A stretch of DNA of 63,760 nt, counting the filler, from Aduncisulcus paluster (lineage: Eukaryota): the NCBI GenBank assembly GCA_024181965.1. It is 24 parts of 24 records of this genome, joined end to end, with 100 filler letters (N's around TTAATTAATTAA, not from the genome) between each part and the next. Parts side by side here need not be neighbours in the genome. Positions count along the whole stretch, not along the records: positions 24,005 to 30,699 come from BQXS01000625.1; positions 30,800 to 32,047 come from BQXS01000633.1; positions 32,148 to 33,336 come from BQXS01000634.1; positions 33,437 to 34,691 come from BQXS01000635.1; positions 34,792 to 36,571 come from BQXS01000637.1; 19 more parts are not named here. One strand, written 5' to 3'. Below, one piece after another: positions 24,517-36,671 of the stretch. A program made the position numbers and the translations under genes. Position 1 is the stretch's first letter; the number at the start of each line of letters is the position of its first letter. Below the pieces are notes generated by a model. The model ran no database searches. It was given only the letters and a program-made list of their open reading frames with translations, and was not told the origin of the DNA.

Positions 24517-26382
24517 TTTTTATATTGCCGACAAAATTGGAAAAAGAAGAAAAAAGGAAACAATATCGGATTTTATTGGAAATATCTTGCCCAAAATAAA
24601 AATAAAAATGTACATAAAATACATTACAAAATTCTAGGGTATGTAAATGTGTGACAATCTTTGATTCCAGAAGAATATGACAACCCATCGTTTTCTTAAG
24701 TTAAAGGGGGGAAATAAGAAAAAAAATCCACGTCAGAAAGTAATATGAATCACATGAACATGCAAATATCATGCGAATACTCACTCTAAAGTCCATGATA
24801 TAGCCCCGATAATGGAGCCGTGAAACATATTACAGAGCACAGGATACGCTATCCGGCACTATGGAGGAGCACACAGCTAGAAATGATCATAGATGATATA
24901 AACATATAAATACATAAATATAAATACAACCAAGACAATTGGTGCTTCCAAACCTGACCGTGCAATCCAATACTACGGCCTCAACGAAAACATTACTCGA
25001 GGAGAGTGAATAACACTCATGAATGTCCCCACCATTACTTATATATATCTAGATATATCTAGATACAATAAAAAAAGATAGGGAACAAACAAAACATTAG
25101 GAGCCAATCTTGTCGCATATGAGAGGTCAATAATCAACATTATCCACATCCATGGAACAAGTAGCGGGGTATAAAATATAAAAGCAATAGTACAGTATAT
25201 CTTGAGAAAGTTGGGATACCAAGCTCAAGGTCTGGAATATAATTCCAAACCGAGCGAGACCAACGTCACGGGTAATATCATTAATACATTGAGGTCTGAC
25301 AGCACAACAAAGGAAAAAAAACAGAATCCCGAAGAATTCCACCTTTGACCTTCTGCAATGTGGACAAAGGACAGTGTTTTGTTCTAAATACATCATTAGA
25401 GAGAAAACAAGGTAAATCAAATAGTAAATGTTTATTAAATTGCATATAGAGTGGATTGAAAGCTTTTAAATCCATGAAAAACTCAAATTGCGACCATTTA
25501 CGCTTGAAAGTTGTGTTTTTACACAGTGTTTGAATGTTTTCAAAATGTTATGCCTAAAAATATGTCCAATGGAATATATTTAGGAATTTGACCATTTAAG
25601 AACAACTATAATCAGATGCTATACTGTACAAGATTGTCAACTTGAAGTTGGATGGAGACTTTTTATTGGCATTGAAAATGTACTATGGTTTATGAAGAAT
25701 TGTAATACTAAAATACAATGCGCTATTAAGATAACAGAATCATTGTTATCCTTATTCAAGGGAAAGGAAGAAACATCTACAAAACCCTTAGATTTTTTGG
25801 ATAATCCTTTCGTCTGTACAAATATTAAGAAAAAAAATAAGAAATATCGTCAAAGAAAAAGGAAAGAAAACGATTAAACTTGGAATAAAAACAAACAAAT
25901 ATAAATTTCAAAATTAATCATCGTTCACAGCCAATTTCTTTAAAAATAAAAATAAAATATTTTTTTTCTACTGCTCTTCTTATTATTGATTTGTCACAAT
26001 TTGATTTTTTTGTTTTTTTTGTAAATTGCCGTTTGTTAGATTATTTGTGAAGTTTAAAAATGGAAATATATAACAACATACGGCGGTCACATTTGACTAT
26101 TTTCTTATGTTTAGGAGAACGGGATTGCATCTTTTTTTTTGAAGGAATAGTTTTCAAAAGAATGGAAGAAGAAAGAGGAGATAATAAAAGGAAATGAGAG
26201 GAAGAAAATATAAAAAAAAATTAAAGAAAAGAGAGGGAAGAAAGTAAAAAGTTGGAAAGTTATTGTTTGAGAAAGTACGCTTCTAAAAATAGAATATAAT
26301 TATATCATAATTATAAAATCAACTTTTATACCGCACAAAAGAATTAATGACAATAATTAAAACCGAAATAATAATAATATTC

Positions 26383-27829
26383 TTATTCTTTCCTTTCTTC
26401 TCCTGAAGTGGAATGGCGGGGGTGTTCAGGACCTTCAACAGCCTCTTCATCTCCCTCAGAACTTACTGAGAGTCCAGCAGCCATAAACACGGACTTTGGA
26501 ATCTCCTTTGGGAAAGGAGAAATGTCAATTGATAAGGCCTTCTGAGTCTCAAAGAATTTCTCCTCATCACTTGACTGCAACAGGGAAATAACAACTCCTC
26601 TTCTTCCAAACCTCGAAGCACGGCCAGCACGATGGAGGTAAGTTGCAATATCGAATGGGAAATCGAAATTAATGACAATGTTGACGCTAGGCACATCGAT
26701 ACCTCTCTGATAAAGATCGGAACAAATCAAATACCTGGCCTCTCCTTTCTTAAACTTATCAAAGGCTTTGTTTCTCTCTGTCTGAGTCATATGGGAGTGC
26801 ACGGCGAGGGCGGGGAAACCCAACTTCTTCACGGCAATATATAATAGATTTCTGGATGACCTTACGCTGTTACAGAAGATCATACAGTGGTCGATACGGA
26901 GTTTAGTCAGGAGAGTGCGAAGAATCTTGATCTTATCGCCACTCTTCTTGTAGACATAATAATGGGTCAGACCTTGGGGAACCATGCAGCTCATAGCGTT
27001 CTGTTGGGAATAGGAACGGTCTCCCATAACCTCTTTGATACCAACAATACATTCACGATTGAAAGTGGCGGAAAGCAAGAGGATTTGAGCAGTCTTGGGA
27101 ATAATTCTAGATATTCCTATGGCCTGTCTTGCGATATCAATATCTCTCGTCTCATCTACTTCCAAAAGCTTGTCGGCTTCATCAAAAACAAAGAATTTGA
27201 CGTCAGAAACCCTAATATAGGATTCCTTAGCAATGGTGGACAATTTACCTGGAGTTCCAACAACAATTTGAACTCCTTCTCTCAAAACTTGCACAGTTTG
27301 AATATTATCTTCCTGGGAACAGCCTCCAATGACGTAAGTATGCCGTAATCCAATCATATATCTTGTAAAATCTTTAATAATCCCAGAAATTTGAAGGGCC
27401 AGCTCACGAACTGGAACTACAATAATAGCTTGAAGGTTTGGGTTTTTAAGGTCGATGGATTGTAAGATAGGAACCAGATATGAGAAGGTTTTGCCAGTTC
27501 CATTTTTACCACGAGCAACAACGGATTCTCCCGCAATTGCACGGGGAATAACTTTAGCTTGAATAGGGGTTAAGATATTTACCCCCAAAGCTGTCAAGGC
27601 ACGCATTAAATCATCCTTTAAACCTAAAGATCTATAAGTTGTCTCACTAACAACTTCTTCCTTAATAATTTCACGTTTTGACCTTGAATGATGAGAGAAA
27701 AGAGAGGAGAAAGCAGAAAAAATGCCATAAGAAAAAGGTTGAGTTGGAAAAATTAGAAGGCCACTAGGTTGATGAAAAAAAATGGTAAATAATCAATAAA
27801 ATGAGTAATAAACGAACATACTGGCTCAT
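26383..27829 (-). CDS. DDX6: DEAD-box RNA helicase DDX6/Dhh1-like; 8-nt first coding exon (27829-27822) plus exon 27682-26383
   Basis: ARGKNGTGKT (DDX6-type motif I), DEADKLL, SAT, GLTHYY, IFCNS, RGID, YLHR.GR..RFG. The GTATGT..AAG intron (27821-27683) adds the Q-motif region (MSQSKRE..YRSLGLKDDL). Confidence 0.8.
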
Positions 27830-28196
27830 ATATGTATTAATGCCCTGTAAACTTCTCGGCAAAAACGTCCAATCGAGATCAAGATCTCCAAGCCTGGCTA
27901 TTTTTAGAAGAATGAATATTGCCCCTATTTTCAATTTCGACACTCCTTTATCGCCATCATGGCCTAAAATACTTTTTATTACTTTAATAGTGCATGGAAT
28001 GGATCAATGCCTTGCCATAGATAGCCATCTGAGATTGGTTGTTTAATATCGATAATTTAAGCAAGATGAGATACATAAATAAATTTTTATGATTAAAAAA
28101 TTTATGACTGCAATGTATCTGTCAAAAAATATTCATTTAAATGCTGGTATTGCCTGGATCTAAAATTCAGAAGCTCCAGGTGCTCATTCTCCTTGT

Positions 28197-28686
28197 TTTT
28201 GACACATACACATTTATTTTCGATAAGGTGATGGATCAAACACCTCGTCAGAACGTGTCTCAGGCATATTTTTCGGCTCACAGACATGAGCCTCTAGAAT
28301 GGATTGATAAGGAAGTATGCCTAGATCATTTCTCATCCAGCGATCTGCCTGCAACAGTACGTAATATTTTACATTTTACTTTTGATAACATAGAAATTGA
28401 CAGAATTATTGACCTTTCATTCGATTTTTTTNNNNNNNNNNNNNNNNNNNNTTTTGACACATACACATTTATTTTCGATAAGGTGATGGATCAAACACCT
28501 CGTCAGAACGTGTCTCAGGCATATTTTTCGGCTCACAGACATGAGCCTCTAGAATGGATTGATAAGGAAGTATGCCTAGATCATTTCTCATCCAGCGATC
28601 TGCCTGCAACAGTACGTAATATTTTACATTTTACTTTTGATAACATAGAAATTGACAGAATTATTGACCTTTCATTCGATTTTTTT
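28197..28686. other. Assembly artefact: 235-bp duplication (28197-28431 = 28452-28686) around a 20-N gap, duplicating Raptor exon 1
   Basis: Offset 255, sequences match. Confidence 0.9.
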
Positions 28687-30699
28687 CACCTATCTCTGAT
28701 ACTTTCTCTATCTTCTTACTCCATACATTTTCATCGTTTATTTTTATTATTTTACAATATTCCAATATTATATATTTAGCATACCTTTGGAGCTATTTTT
28801 ATGTACGCTTATAACGTCCTTCGTGATACATCCGGTGAAAAAGCAACATTCGAAGCTGCTCATGCGGGTAAAAAGAAAAAATTTAAAAATAATGTTTGTT
28901 GTTGGACTGATCCAAGTCAGTTAAAGAAAGATAAAGCTGCATTTACTCTTGTTGATATATTATCGAATCAATATCGGCAAACTATACGTCAGAAATTTGT
29001 TAAATATATTACTGTTGGTCCTGTTGTGCGGGAGAATTTTTTTAAGACTTTAATTCGTGCCAGAGCCAATGCTTTACCCAGACGTCCTCGAATTATCGTG
29101 CATTATATTGGTCGTGGGATGCCCGCTGCCACCCCGACTTCTCTTCCTGTTCTAAAGCCAAGAAAACAGCATGATGCGAAGGATCCTCTATATGAGTTCA
29201 ATAATGAGTATCTCCCGTACACTGAGATTCTTGAGGCTGCTGGTTCTCCAACTCTCTTTGTCATTGATTGTAACTGTGCTGGTGCTGCCGTAAAACCATT
29301 ATCTAATGGTGGAAAGAACATTGTATTCGCTAGTTGCGGTGAGAAAGAGTCTATTCCGATTGTTCCTGAACTTCCTTGGGATGCTTTTACTGCTACATTA
29401 TCCACGCCTCTTAGAACATTCATTCAGTTTTTTATCGCACATTCAACGTTGTTGGACGTCACACCAGCCATATTTAAAGAGATTCCTGGTCAAATCACTG
29501 ATCGGACCAGCTTTTTAGGAGAGATGGAAACAGTCATGATTGCTCTTCTTGATGCCATTGCTTGGGATACAATTCCGACACAACAGTTCCAACAATATTT
29601 TAGAAAGGACTCCGCCTGTGCTGCTCTTAGTCGTAACTTTTTGCTATGTCAAAGAATTGTCGGTAGTACCGGCGTCACACCGGTTTCTGCTCCCTTTACG
29701 TTCCCCATTGTTCGTGACCATCAGCTATGGTCTGTTCTCGATGTGGTTATCGAAGAAGCATTGATATTGGTTATCCAAGCTAAAGAAAGTCAGTTGAAGC
29801 GACAGAGAATGTTGATAAGGAGAGAAAGGCTATCTTTATTGAGTAACTCAGTGCGTAATGGTGCCAATGGTAGTCATGGGGGTGAGGGAACAGGGAGTGG
29901 AACCGGTTCTGGTAGTGGGGTTATCAGCGGTGGAGCTGGACAGTTTGGCGATGCCGGTGCTGCCGCTGATATTTCTTCGGCTCGAGCCGGTTACTATTTC
30001 CATGATGTTTCTGGTGGTTTAGGTCCTGTAATCGATCATCAACTCCTATCCCGAAGTCTGGACCAATCCGGTGTATATTATTCTTCCGGAGGTATTACTC
30101 ATTCTCCACCTCCTCCGACCTTTGGAAACACGACTCCTTTCACGACTACCAGTACAAATATAGATGAGGATGAAGTTAAGCCAAGGAGATGGGGGAAAGG
30201 GGATCAGAAGGAACGTGCAAGTCGGGTTGCAGCCAGACTCAAGATTGGCCATATTCATGGATATGCCTTGGAGTCTAAAGTTACAGATAGAACCGTAGGA
30301 TCAGATATAAGTCTCTCCTCCTCTTCCTCCTCCTCTTCAAGTTCCTCTTCATCTATTTATGGATCAATGGATCAGAATCCTAAACCACACTTAACATCGA
30401 CCAGTTTGTTGAATAACGCAGGCTTTCATTCACATCAGTATCTTAAGAGGCTAAGGCAAAGAGCTTATGCTGCCTCGTTGGGAACGGATCCTGTTAAAGA
30501 TATTGATGTGAATGCGTCATTGAGACAGCGAACAGCTACTTCAGGGGGGATTCAGAAGATATCAACTGGAGGAATTGGAGCAAAAAGTGGGAGTGGAGCA
30601 ACTAGTGGCTCTGGTGGAGCATCTACAGCCTCACAATCGAGATCTGACTTGTTCCATGAACCTTTGGATAAGTATATCAAAAAACACCCATCTTCAAAC
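28486..30699 (+). CDS. RPTOR: Raptor/KOG1 (TORC1 subunit) N-terminal caspase-like domain, 3' partial; exons 28486-28611 and 28780->30699
   Basis: CWTDP, RIIVHYIGRGMP, GSPTLFVIDCNCAG, PELPWDAFTATLSTP, PGQITDRTSFLGE, DAIAWD, RNFLLCQRI, HQLW. Phase-0 GTACGT..TTTAG intron at 28612-28779. Confidence 0.9.
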
Positions 30700-31531
30700 N
30701 NNNNNNNNNNNNNNNNNNNNNNNNNNNNNNNNNNNNNNNNNNNTTAATTAATTAANNNNNNNNNNNNNNNNNNNNNNNNNNNNNNNNNNNNNNNNNNNNA
30801 TTTGAAATTTTATATTGATCAGCCTACAAAGTATAAAATCCACATATTAAAATGCAAATTAATATTATCTAAGCAATAAAAACATATGAGAGAGTATTTA
30901 TTTTACCGAGAATATGATCTGTTGACGGTTTGCTATAATATGGTAGGATACATTGTTACCCCACCAAACAATAGCACATATAGAACAATGAATAAATGTA
31001 TTGTTATAATATAATAATATCCATTGGGGTATTACCTGAGTGCACAGTCCAATTTACTGAAACAATACAATAAAGTTGTAATTGTTTATCGTCATTCCAT
31101 TTCATAAATCTATTAAATATCGGTAGTTATATTTATAAATCGTCTTCAGAATAATTTATCGCCCAGTTCATATATGTAAATTTTCTTTATACGGGTTGCT
31201 GGAAACAGTGTATCCTATCAGATTATTTTCTGGGAGACCCCAGGAATTAATAATAAATTATAATTATATATATAATATATAGTATATATATTATTACTTA
31301 GGATGGGGTAATAAGAAGTTTAGAGTCGTGAAAGAATTGATTCCTGTTTTCTTGAAAAATCAGGTTATGATAATATGGCAAATTACCACCACGGATGATA
31401 TTATAGTGAGTAATATACATATTATTTTATTATTTATTTTCATGTTTATGGTGGTAAACATAGGTTGAAGGCGGTGTCTAGAGGGGAGTTATCTTGTAAG
31501 GTGGAAATTAGATATCTGACCAAAGAGACAT

Positions 31532-32047
31532 TTATTCTATATCCTCAATTATCGGTTCTGCAGTGAATTGATACTTGCAAGTTTTCAGATGAGGGAGATT
31601 CCCGGTAACCATTGCACCACGTCCTTGTAACCGAATAGTAAGTATAAATTTCCCACACGAGGTGCATTTTGCTCTTATACGTTTTTTTGAACGGTCCTCA
31701 TAATAGACTACCTCACATGGTCTAAGGGAGGATGTTATCTTGGCTTTGAGGCTTCCTAGTGGTGCCACAATCTTAGAAAGCAGGGAGTAATCGGTGAATA
31801 TTTTCGCCGGTGGCCATTCTTTTATGAGCACACCTGATATATCTTCAAGGTCAACTGAGCCAGTTGGAGACAGCAATGTAAAGTGGTAGGACTCGAGCGC
31901 TACCCAGACAACATCTGATTCGGCGTCACCTCGGTTATAGAGAGTGATTCCACCCTGATCCACGATACCAATGCAAATTTTTGCAGCTTTTGCAAACGCA
32001 AAAATTTCATCGGAAGTCGCAAGATAGTCGTGGTCCAGGGCTTCACC
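31532..32047 (-). CDS. Partial ORF with an OTU-like C-terminal half followed by a MuDR/WRKY-like Cys/His finger
   Basis: The frame is open from the contig edge: YLATSDEIFAFAKAAKICIGIV..VWVALESYHFTLL, then RIRAKCTSC..HLKTC. Motif resemblance only. Confidence 0.35.
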   Translation of the reverse strand, partial: GEALDHDYLATSDEIFAFAKAAKICIGIVDQGGITLYNRGDAESDVVWVALESYHFTLLSPTGSVDLEDISGVLIKEWPPAKIFTDYSLLSKIVAPLGSLKAKITSSLRPCEVVYYEDRSKKRIRAKCTSCGKFILTIRLQGRGAMVTGNLPHLKTCKYQFTAEPIIEDIE

Positions 32048-32749
32048 NNNNNNNNNNNNNNNNNNNNNNNNNNNNNNNNNNNNNNNNNNNNTTAATTAAT
32101 TAANNNNNNNNNNNNNNNNNNNNNNNNNNNNNNNNNNNNNNNNNNNNTCATCAGCATCATGGATTCCATGGAACGAAGCGAAGAAATTGGAAAAACAGCT
32201 TAATAACTACCTCGACGAGCATAAGACGTTGCAAAGACGTCTCAGTGAGAAGTCTGTTCGTTTAAAGTAGGTATTCAGTATTTTGATGCGGTATTACGCA
32301 AGTAATATAGCAAAATAGGGGAGCTCGAATATGAAAGACTTTGACTCATCACGTAAAAAGGAAATACTGAATACGGGGGAAGAGGGTCACAAATAAGAAT
32401 TATTTTTCAGAAAAGTTTTGCTTGAACCCTAACAACCGAGGAGGATCGAGTGGAAGAAATCTTCAAAAAATATCAAAAAACAGAATGACCTAAACGCACG
32501 TTATTGAAGACGAGGACACTTGGAAGACGAAGAAAACGAGGTTTAAATCGTCATAGCTCCAAGGACTGGAGAGATAGAATGAGAAACACTATTATCTACG
32601 GAAGAAAGTGTTTAAAAAATATTTTAAAACACACAAAATGACGCTCCGTTAATGGCTGTATAAATCTATAAGCTATTGTTCTTTTTCCTTTTATGCATGC
32701 CGAGAAAACGGATTTTCGAAAGGATTGAACACCCTGAAAAATTCAACCA

Positions 32750-32752
<3 letters not shown>

Positions 32753-32786
<34 letters not shown>
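32753..32786 (+). repeat. Poly(A) tract, 34 nt
   Basis: Directly visible homopolymer. Confidence 0.95.
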
Positions 32787-32790
<4 letters not shown>

Positions 32791-32800
32791 CATGAAAGAA

Positions 32801-32870
32801 ACTCTTATGGTTCAGCCGGTATTACATGTCTCCTTTCGGATATAGGGTCTGGGTTCGAGCCCCTCTCCTT
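32801..32870 (+). pseudogene. Degenerate tRNA-like / Pol III element
   Basis: A-box-like TGGTTCAGCCGG (32808-32819), anticodon-like stem ATGTC/GATAT and B-box GGTTCGAGCCC (32852-32862). No pairing acceptor stem. Confidence 0.4.
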
Positions 32871-33866
32871 CTATTTTTATGTATAATGAAGTATTGTGTC
32901 TTTGTCTTGACTCTGATCTGGGGGAAGTGTTAGATTCTCATGATCTATTTTTAGATCAGAGTCTCCATCTGTTTTATTTTCAATAAATTTGATTGCTTTA
33001 AAAAAGTTTTCGACAATGATAACTTCAAAATAATAAATAATAATAATAGTTTCTGTCAATAATAAATAAACAACATTGTAATACCATCATACTAACACTA
33101 CCTTCTTTCTTTTTATAATTCTCGTATTATGATGATTGTTTTTTTTCCATTAATCAGACTATCCTTTCCTTTTCCTACCAGGTTTTCTTTTAATTTTATA
33201 TTTCGAACCTTGCTCAGCAATTCGATATATTAATTCCGGGTGCGAGATAATAAATTTCTCTAATGGTAATGTTCCAATAACCTTTGGTAATGGTTCCCAT
33301 TTGTCTGTACCATCTAAATATCTTGCCAAGAAAAACNNNNNNNNNNNNNNNNNNNNNNNNNNNNNNNNNNNNNNNNNNNNTTAATTAATTAANNNNNNNN
33401 NNNNNNNNNNNNNNNNNNNNNNNNNNNNNNNNNNNNAGGAATATTAACCAGTTGAGCTATTTAGTTCTTCTTTTCAATTTTGTTTTTATATATCAATGAA
33501 ATTTTGGCTGGTCTCTCTTTCCTTGTTACTCTCTGATTTTTTAGAAAAATAAAATAATAACATATACAAAATCATTCACATAACAAAGGGTTTTTAGATT
33601 ATATTCCATATGTGTCTTGATCGCACTGCCTTCATGTGCTTTCTCTATCTCCTCAACGGATGGAGCTATAACAAAATGAATAGCGTTTTTGAGCTCTTCT
33701 AAAAAATCGTATCTTTTTATCGTAGATGTATCTGTAGATATGTATTCGAGTGTAATTTTTGATTTTGACCTTTCTTTTGCTAACCTCGATCAGTGTCCCA
33801 GGGGTTCAAGACTTTTAGTTTGGTTAATACTGCTTATGATTGCAAATGTATTCTGCTATGATGGTT

Positions 33867-34370
33867 AATATTCTTCTAACATCATTCTTTTGCTGAAATT
33901 GCTAAACACCGTGTTTCAGCTTAATTATCAATTATATTTGTCAAATATCGCCTAATACTGATATTATGTATTATTATTGCGCTTAATGTTGTTATAACAT
34001 CATTCTTTTGCTGAAATTGTTAAAGACTGTATTTTAGCTTAATTATTAAATATATTTGTCAAATATCCGATAATATTGATATTATATGTTATTATGGTGT
34101 TAAATATTGTTCTGACGCCATTGCCTTAATGAAATTGCTAAAGTCTGTATTTTAGCTTAATTATTAATTATATTTGTCAAATATCCGTTAATATTGATAT
34201 TATATATTATTATTATGCTTAATGTTGTTCTAGCTTCATTTTCCCGCTGAAATTGTTAAAGACTGAATTTTAGCTTAATTGTTAAATATATTCGACAAAT
34301 ATCAGTTAATATTGATATTATATGTTATTATGATGGTTCATATTGTTCTAGTTTCGTTACCTTAATAAAA
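33867..34370. repeat. AT-rich tandem repeat, 118-bp unit, 4 full copies plus a partial
   Basis: Units start at 33867, 33985, 34103, 34221 and 34339, with conserved TGAAATTG.TAAA, TT.AGCTTAATT and CAAATATC. Confidence 0.9.
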
Positions 34371-34471
34371 TATCCAAAATATCAATTATACATGACTTGT
34401 TGTCCTGATAATAGAATATATTCTTTTAGAAATAACATATTATTTTTCTTTTACTACAGATTTCAGACTAG

Positions 34472-34577
34472 TATGGTAGAATGCGATAAAGCTTACGTAC
34501 AATTTATTAATAAACGAACACATCTATGGTAGAATGCGATAAAGCTTACGTACAATTTATTAATAAACGAACACATC
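34472..34577. repeat. Perfect 53-bp tandem duplication
   Basis: 34472-34524 = 34525-34577 (TATGGTAGAATGCGAT...GAACACATC). Confidence 0.95.
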
Positions 34578-35097
34578 ATAGTCGGTTCTATAAATAGATC
34601 CTCTGAGAACCTGCAAGGATACCACATCCTCCTCTCACTTTCCCAGATCACTTTGTGATCGCAGCTATTCAGATACTATGACACGAACGTANNNNNNNNN
34701 NNNNNNNNNNNNNNNNNNNNNNNNNNNNNNNNNNNTTAATTAATTAANNNNNNNNNNNNNNNNNNNNNNNNNNNNNNNNNNNNNNNNNNNNCGATCTACT
34801 GTCACGCGACCGCGGCGCGCACTAGAGCGCGGCGCCGCTCTTGGCCGGGGCAACCGTCAACGGCGGTGAGGGAATCTTGGTTCAGGCATCGGAAACCGCG
34901 CCAAACGCGTCACCACCCCCGATGAATGGTCGTTTGTGTCGTACCCCGCCACGTCTTTCATGTTCTGGCACCCGTAGCGGGCGAATTCCTGTCCTTAGGG
35001 CAGGATCCACATCCCCCTAGCCACGAGTGGTATCCCATTCCTCAATGCGATCCCCGAGCCCGCCAAGAGCTCGGGGATCGCACCCTGACCAGTTCAA

Positions 35098-35889
35098 TTA
35101 GACAACCGGTACGCCATACTTTCGCTTGTCAAAAGTCTGGCTGACGGCATAGGCATGAACCGCTAGGAAGTATTTCTGCTGGTCAGGTCCGGTCTTAGCG
35201 ATTTCCTCGGACTGCAGCACTTCCTCGATGGAGGCACGATCAGGGCCAGCGACAATGATCGCAGCGTGATACTCGCGCTCAGCTGGATTGTCGTGCTCCA
35301 CATTGTAAGTTAGCCAGATATCCGGATTGTACGGGCTGTAAGTCTGAACCCTAACTTCCAAGAGACCAGCCTCGAGAAAGATCCGACCAAGACGCTGCAC
35401 AAAACCGTCAAATTCACCACGATCAGCGTCCGGGCGTTTACGGAAGAATGCAATAACGCGGGAATCGCTTTCGGCTGCATCATCACGCAGCCAAGAACCC
35501 AGCCCATAATTCGGAAGAGTTCGAACAAAAGCGTTCTGCTCGTCCTTAAAAACAGGACCGAGGCCGCCCCTACCTGCAGACGGGCTAGTTCCCGTGACGG
35601 AATCTGGATCCAAATATGACTCAGGTACCCCATCGATTCGCCAATCTGGGTCGATCTTTACTTCGACGTTAGGCTGAGGCGGCCATATCCCATCGTTATC
35701 GCCCTCCAGTTCTAGCTGGCGATATTCGTGCACACCATCAGTATGCGCCACCAATACGCCGTGAGGACCATGCCAATGATCGAGTATCTCATCGCGAGGT
35801 CGATCACTCCGGAAGAATAGTTGGAACGTGAAACCCGGACCCTGCCATCCCGGTTTTACATTTTGCTGGTTAGTGGTTTTCACGTCCAA
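35098..35889 (-). CDS. Bacterial EthD-like dimeric alpha/beta-barrel protein (two domains); start codon uncertain
   Basis: DEILDHWHGPHGVLV..GVHEYRQ..IDGVPE..FKDEQNAF, then a second RVIAFFRKRP..EF unit. GC-rich bacterial contig. Confidence 0.6.
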   Translation of the reverse strand: MDVKTTNQQNVKPGWQGPGFTFQLFFRSDRPRDEILDHWHGPHGVLVAHTDGVHEYRQLELEGDNDGIWPPQPNVEVKIDPDWRIDGVPESYLDPDSVTGTSPSAGRGGLGPVFKDEQNAFVRTLPNYGLGSWLRDDAAESDSRVIAFFRKRPDADRGEFDGFVQRLGRIFLEAGLLEVRVQTYSPYNPDIWLTYNVEHDNPAEREYHAAIIVAGPDRASIEEVLQSEEIAKTGPDQQKYFLAVHAYAVSQTFDKRKYGVPVV

Positions 35890-36076
35890 AAAAATACATA
35901 GTTTCCCGGCACGGAGTCTTTAGGCAAATGCACAGAAAATCGACCTGCTGATGCACGCCAAAAAGAATCGAACCATGCGAAAACCTGCGATGAACTGCTA
36001 TTTCGCATGTCTGATACCGATTGTCAGGCATCAGTCCACACCATCGGAAGGTGCTCTGGCAGCTAGCATCTGGATC

Positions 36077-36571
36077 ATGGAGCCAAGCCCGGGGGTCTAC
36101 GCCTTGACTCGGCGGACGTGGGCAGATCTCGACTTAGTGTTGAGTCGCATCGTCGCGGCCTTGCGAGCAGAGGTATCGGCCTACAGCCCCCACGGCGAGT
36201 TAAGCGATGACGACATCCGCGATGTGTTAACCGTCTACTTGGCCGATGTCTTCCATTTCTTAGGCGGAGGTCCCGCTGTCCACTCGAATGCAGTCGACAA
36301 CGCTATGCGTCGCCAGCTTGACCAGGGGATAAGTGTCACCGACCTGTTGCACAGCTACCGGATCAGTGCGTCCGTGATCTGGGACTTGCTGGCCACTCAG
36401 GCTAAGAACAACCCCACCGCTACCGACGCCTTAATCAGTGCAACTCCCCTAATGCTGCAATTGGCGGATCGATACTCGTTGCGAATCAACGAGATTCACC
36501 ATCAGGAAGCATTGCGTTCGGCTCGACGCCGCGAGCAAGTAAGAGCTTCGATGTTCGACTTGCTCATTAGC
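36077..36571 (+). CDS. PucR/CdaR-family transcriptional regulator N-terminal (RsbRD_N-like) domain, 3' partial
   Basis: IVAALRAEVSAY..RRQLDQGISVTDLLHSYRIS..IWDLL is typical of actinobacterial PucR-like regulators. Divergent from the EthD-like gene. Confidence 0.7.
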
Positions 36572-36671
36572 NNNNNNNNNNNNNNNNNNNNNNNNNNNNN
36601 NNNNNNNNNNNNNNNTTAATTAATTAANNNNNNNNNNNNNNNNNNNNNNNNNNNNNNNNNNNNNNNNNNNN

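Noticed and set aside
24700-26380. Short ORFs between SPC25 and DDX6 (for example LCPHCRR)
   Set aside because: Fragmentary, no coherent frame or recognisable family; possibly decayed sequence.
33540-33790. About 80-codon open frame on the minus strand beside the 118-bp repeat
   Set aside because: Preceded by an in-frame TGA with no early ATG and no recognisable motif.
33867-34577. CRISPR array
   Set aside because: Whole units are homologous with no unique spacers, and no cas genes are present.
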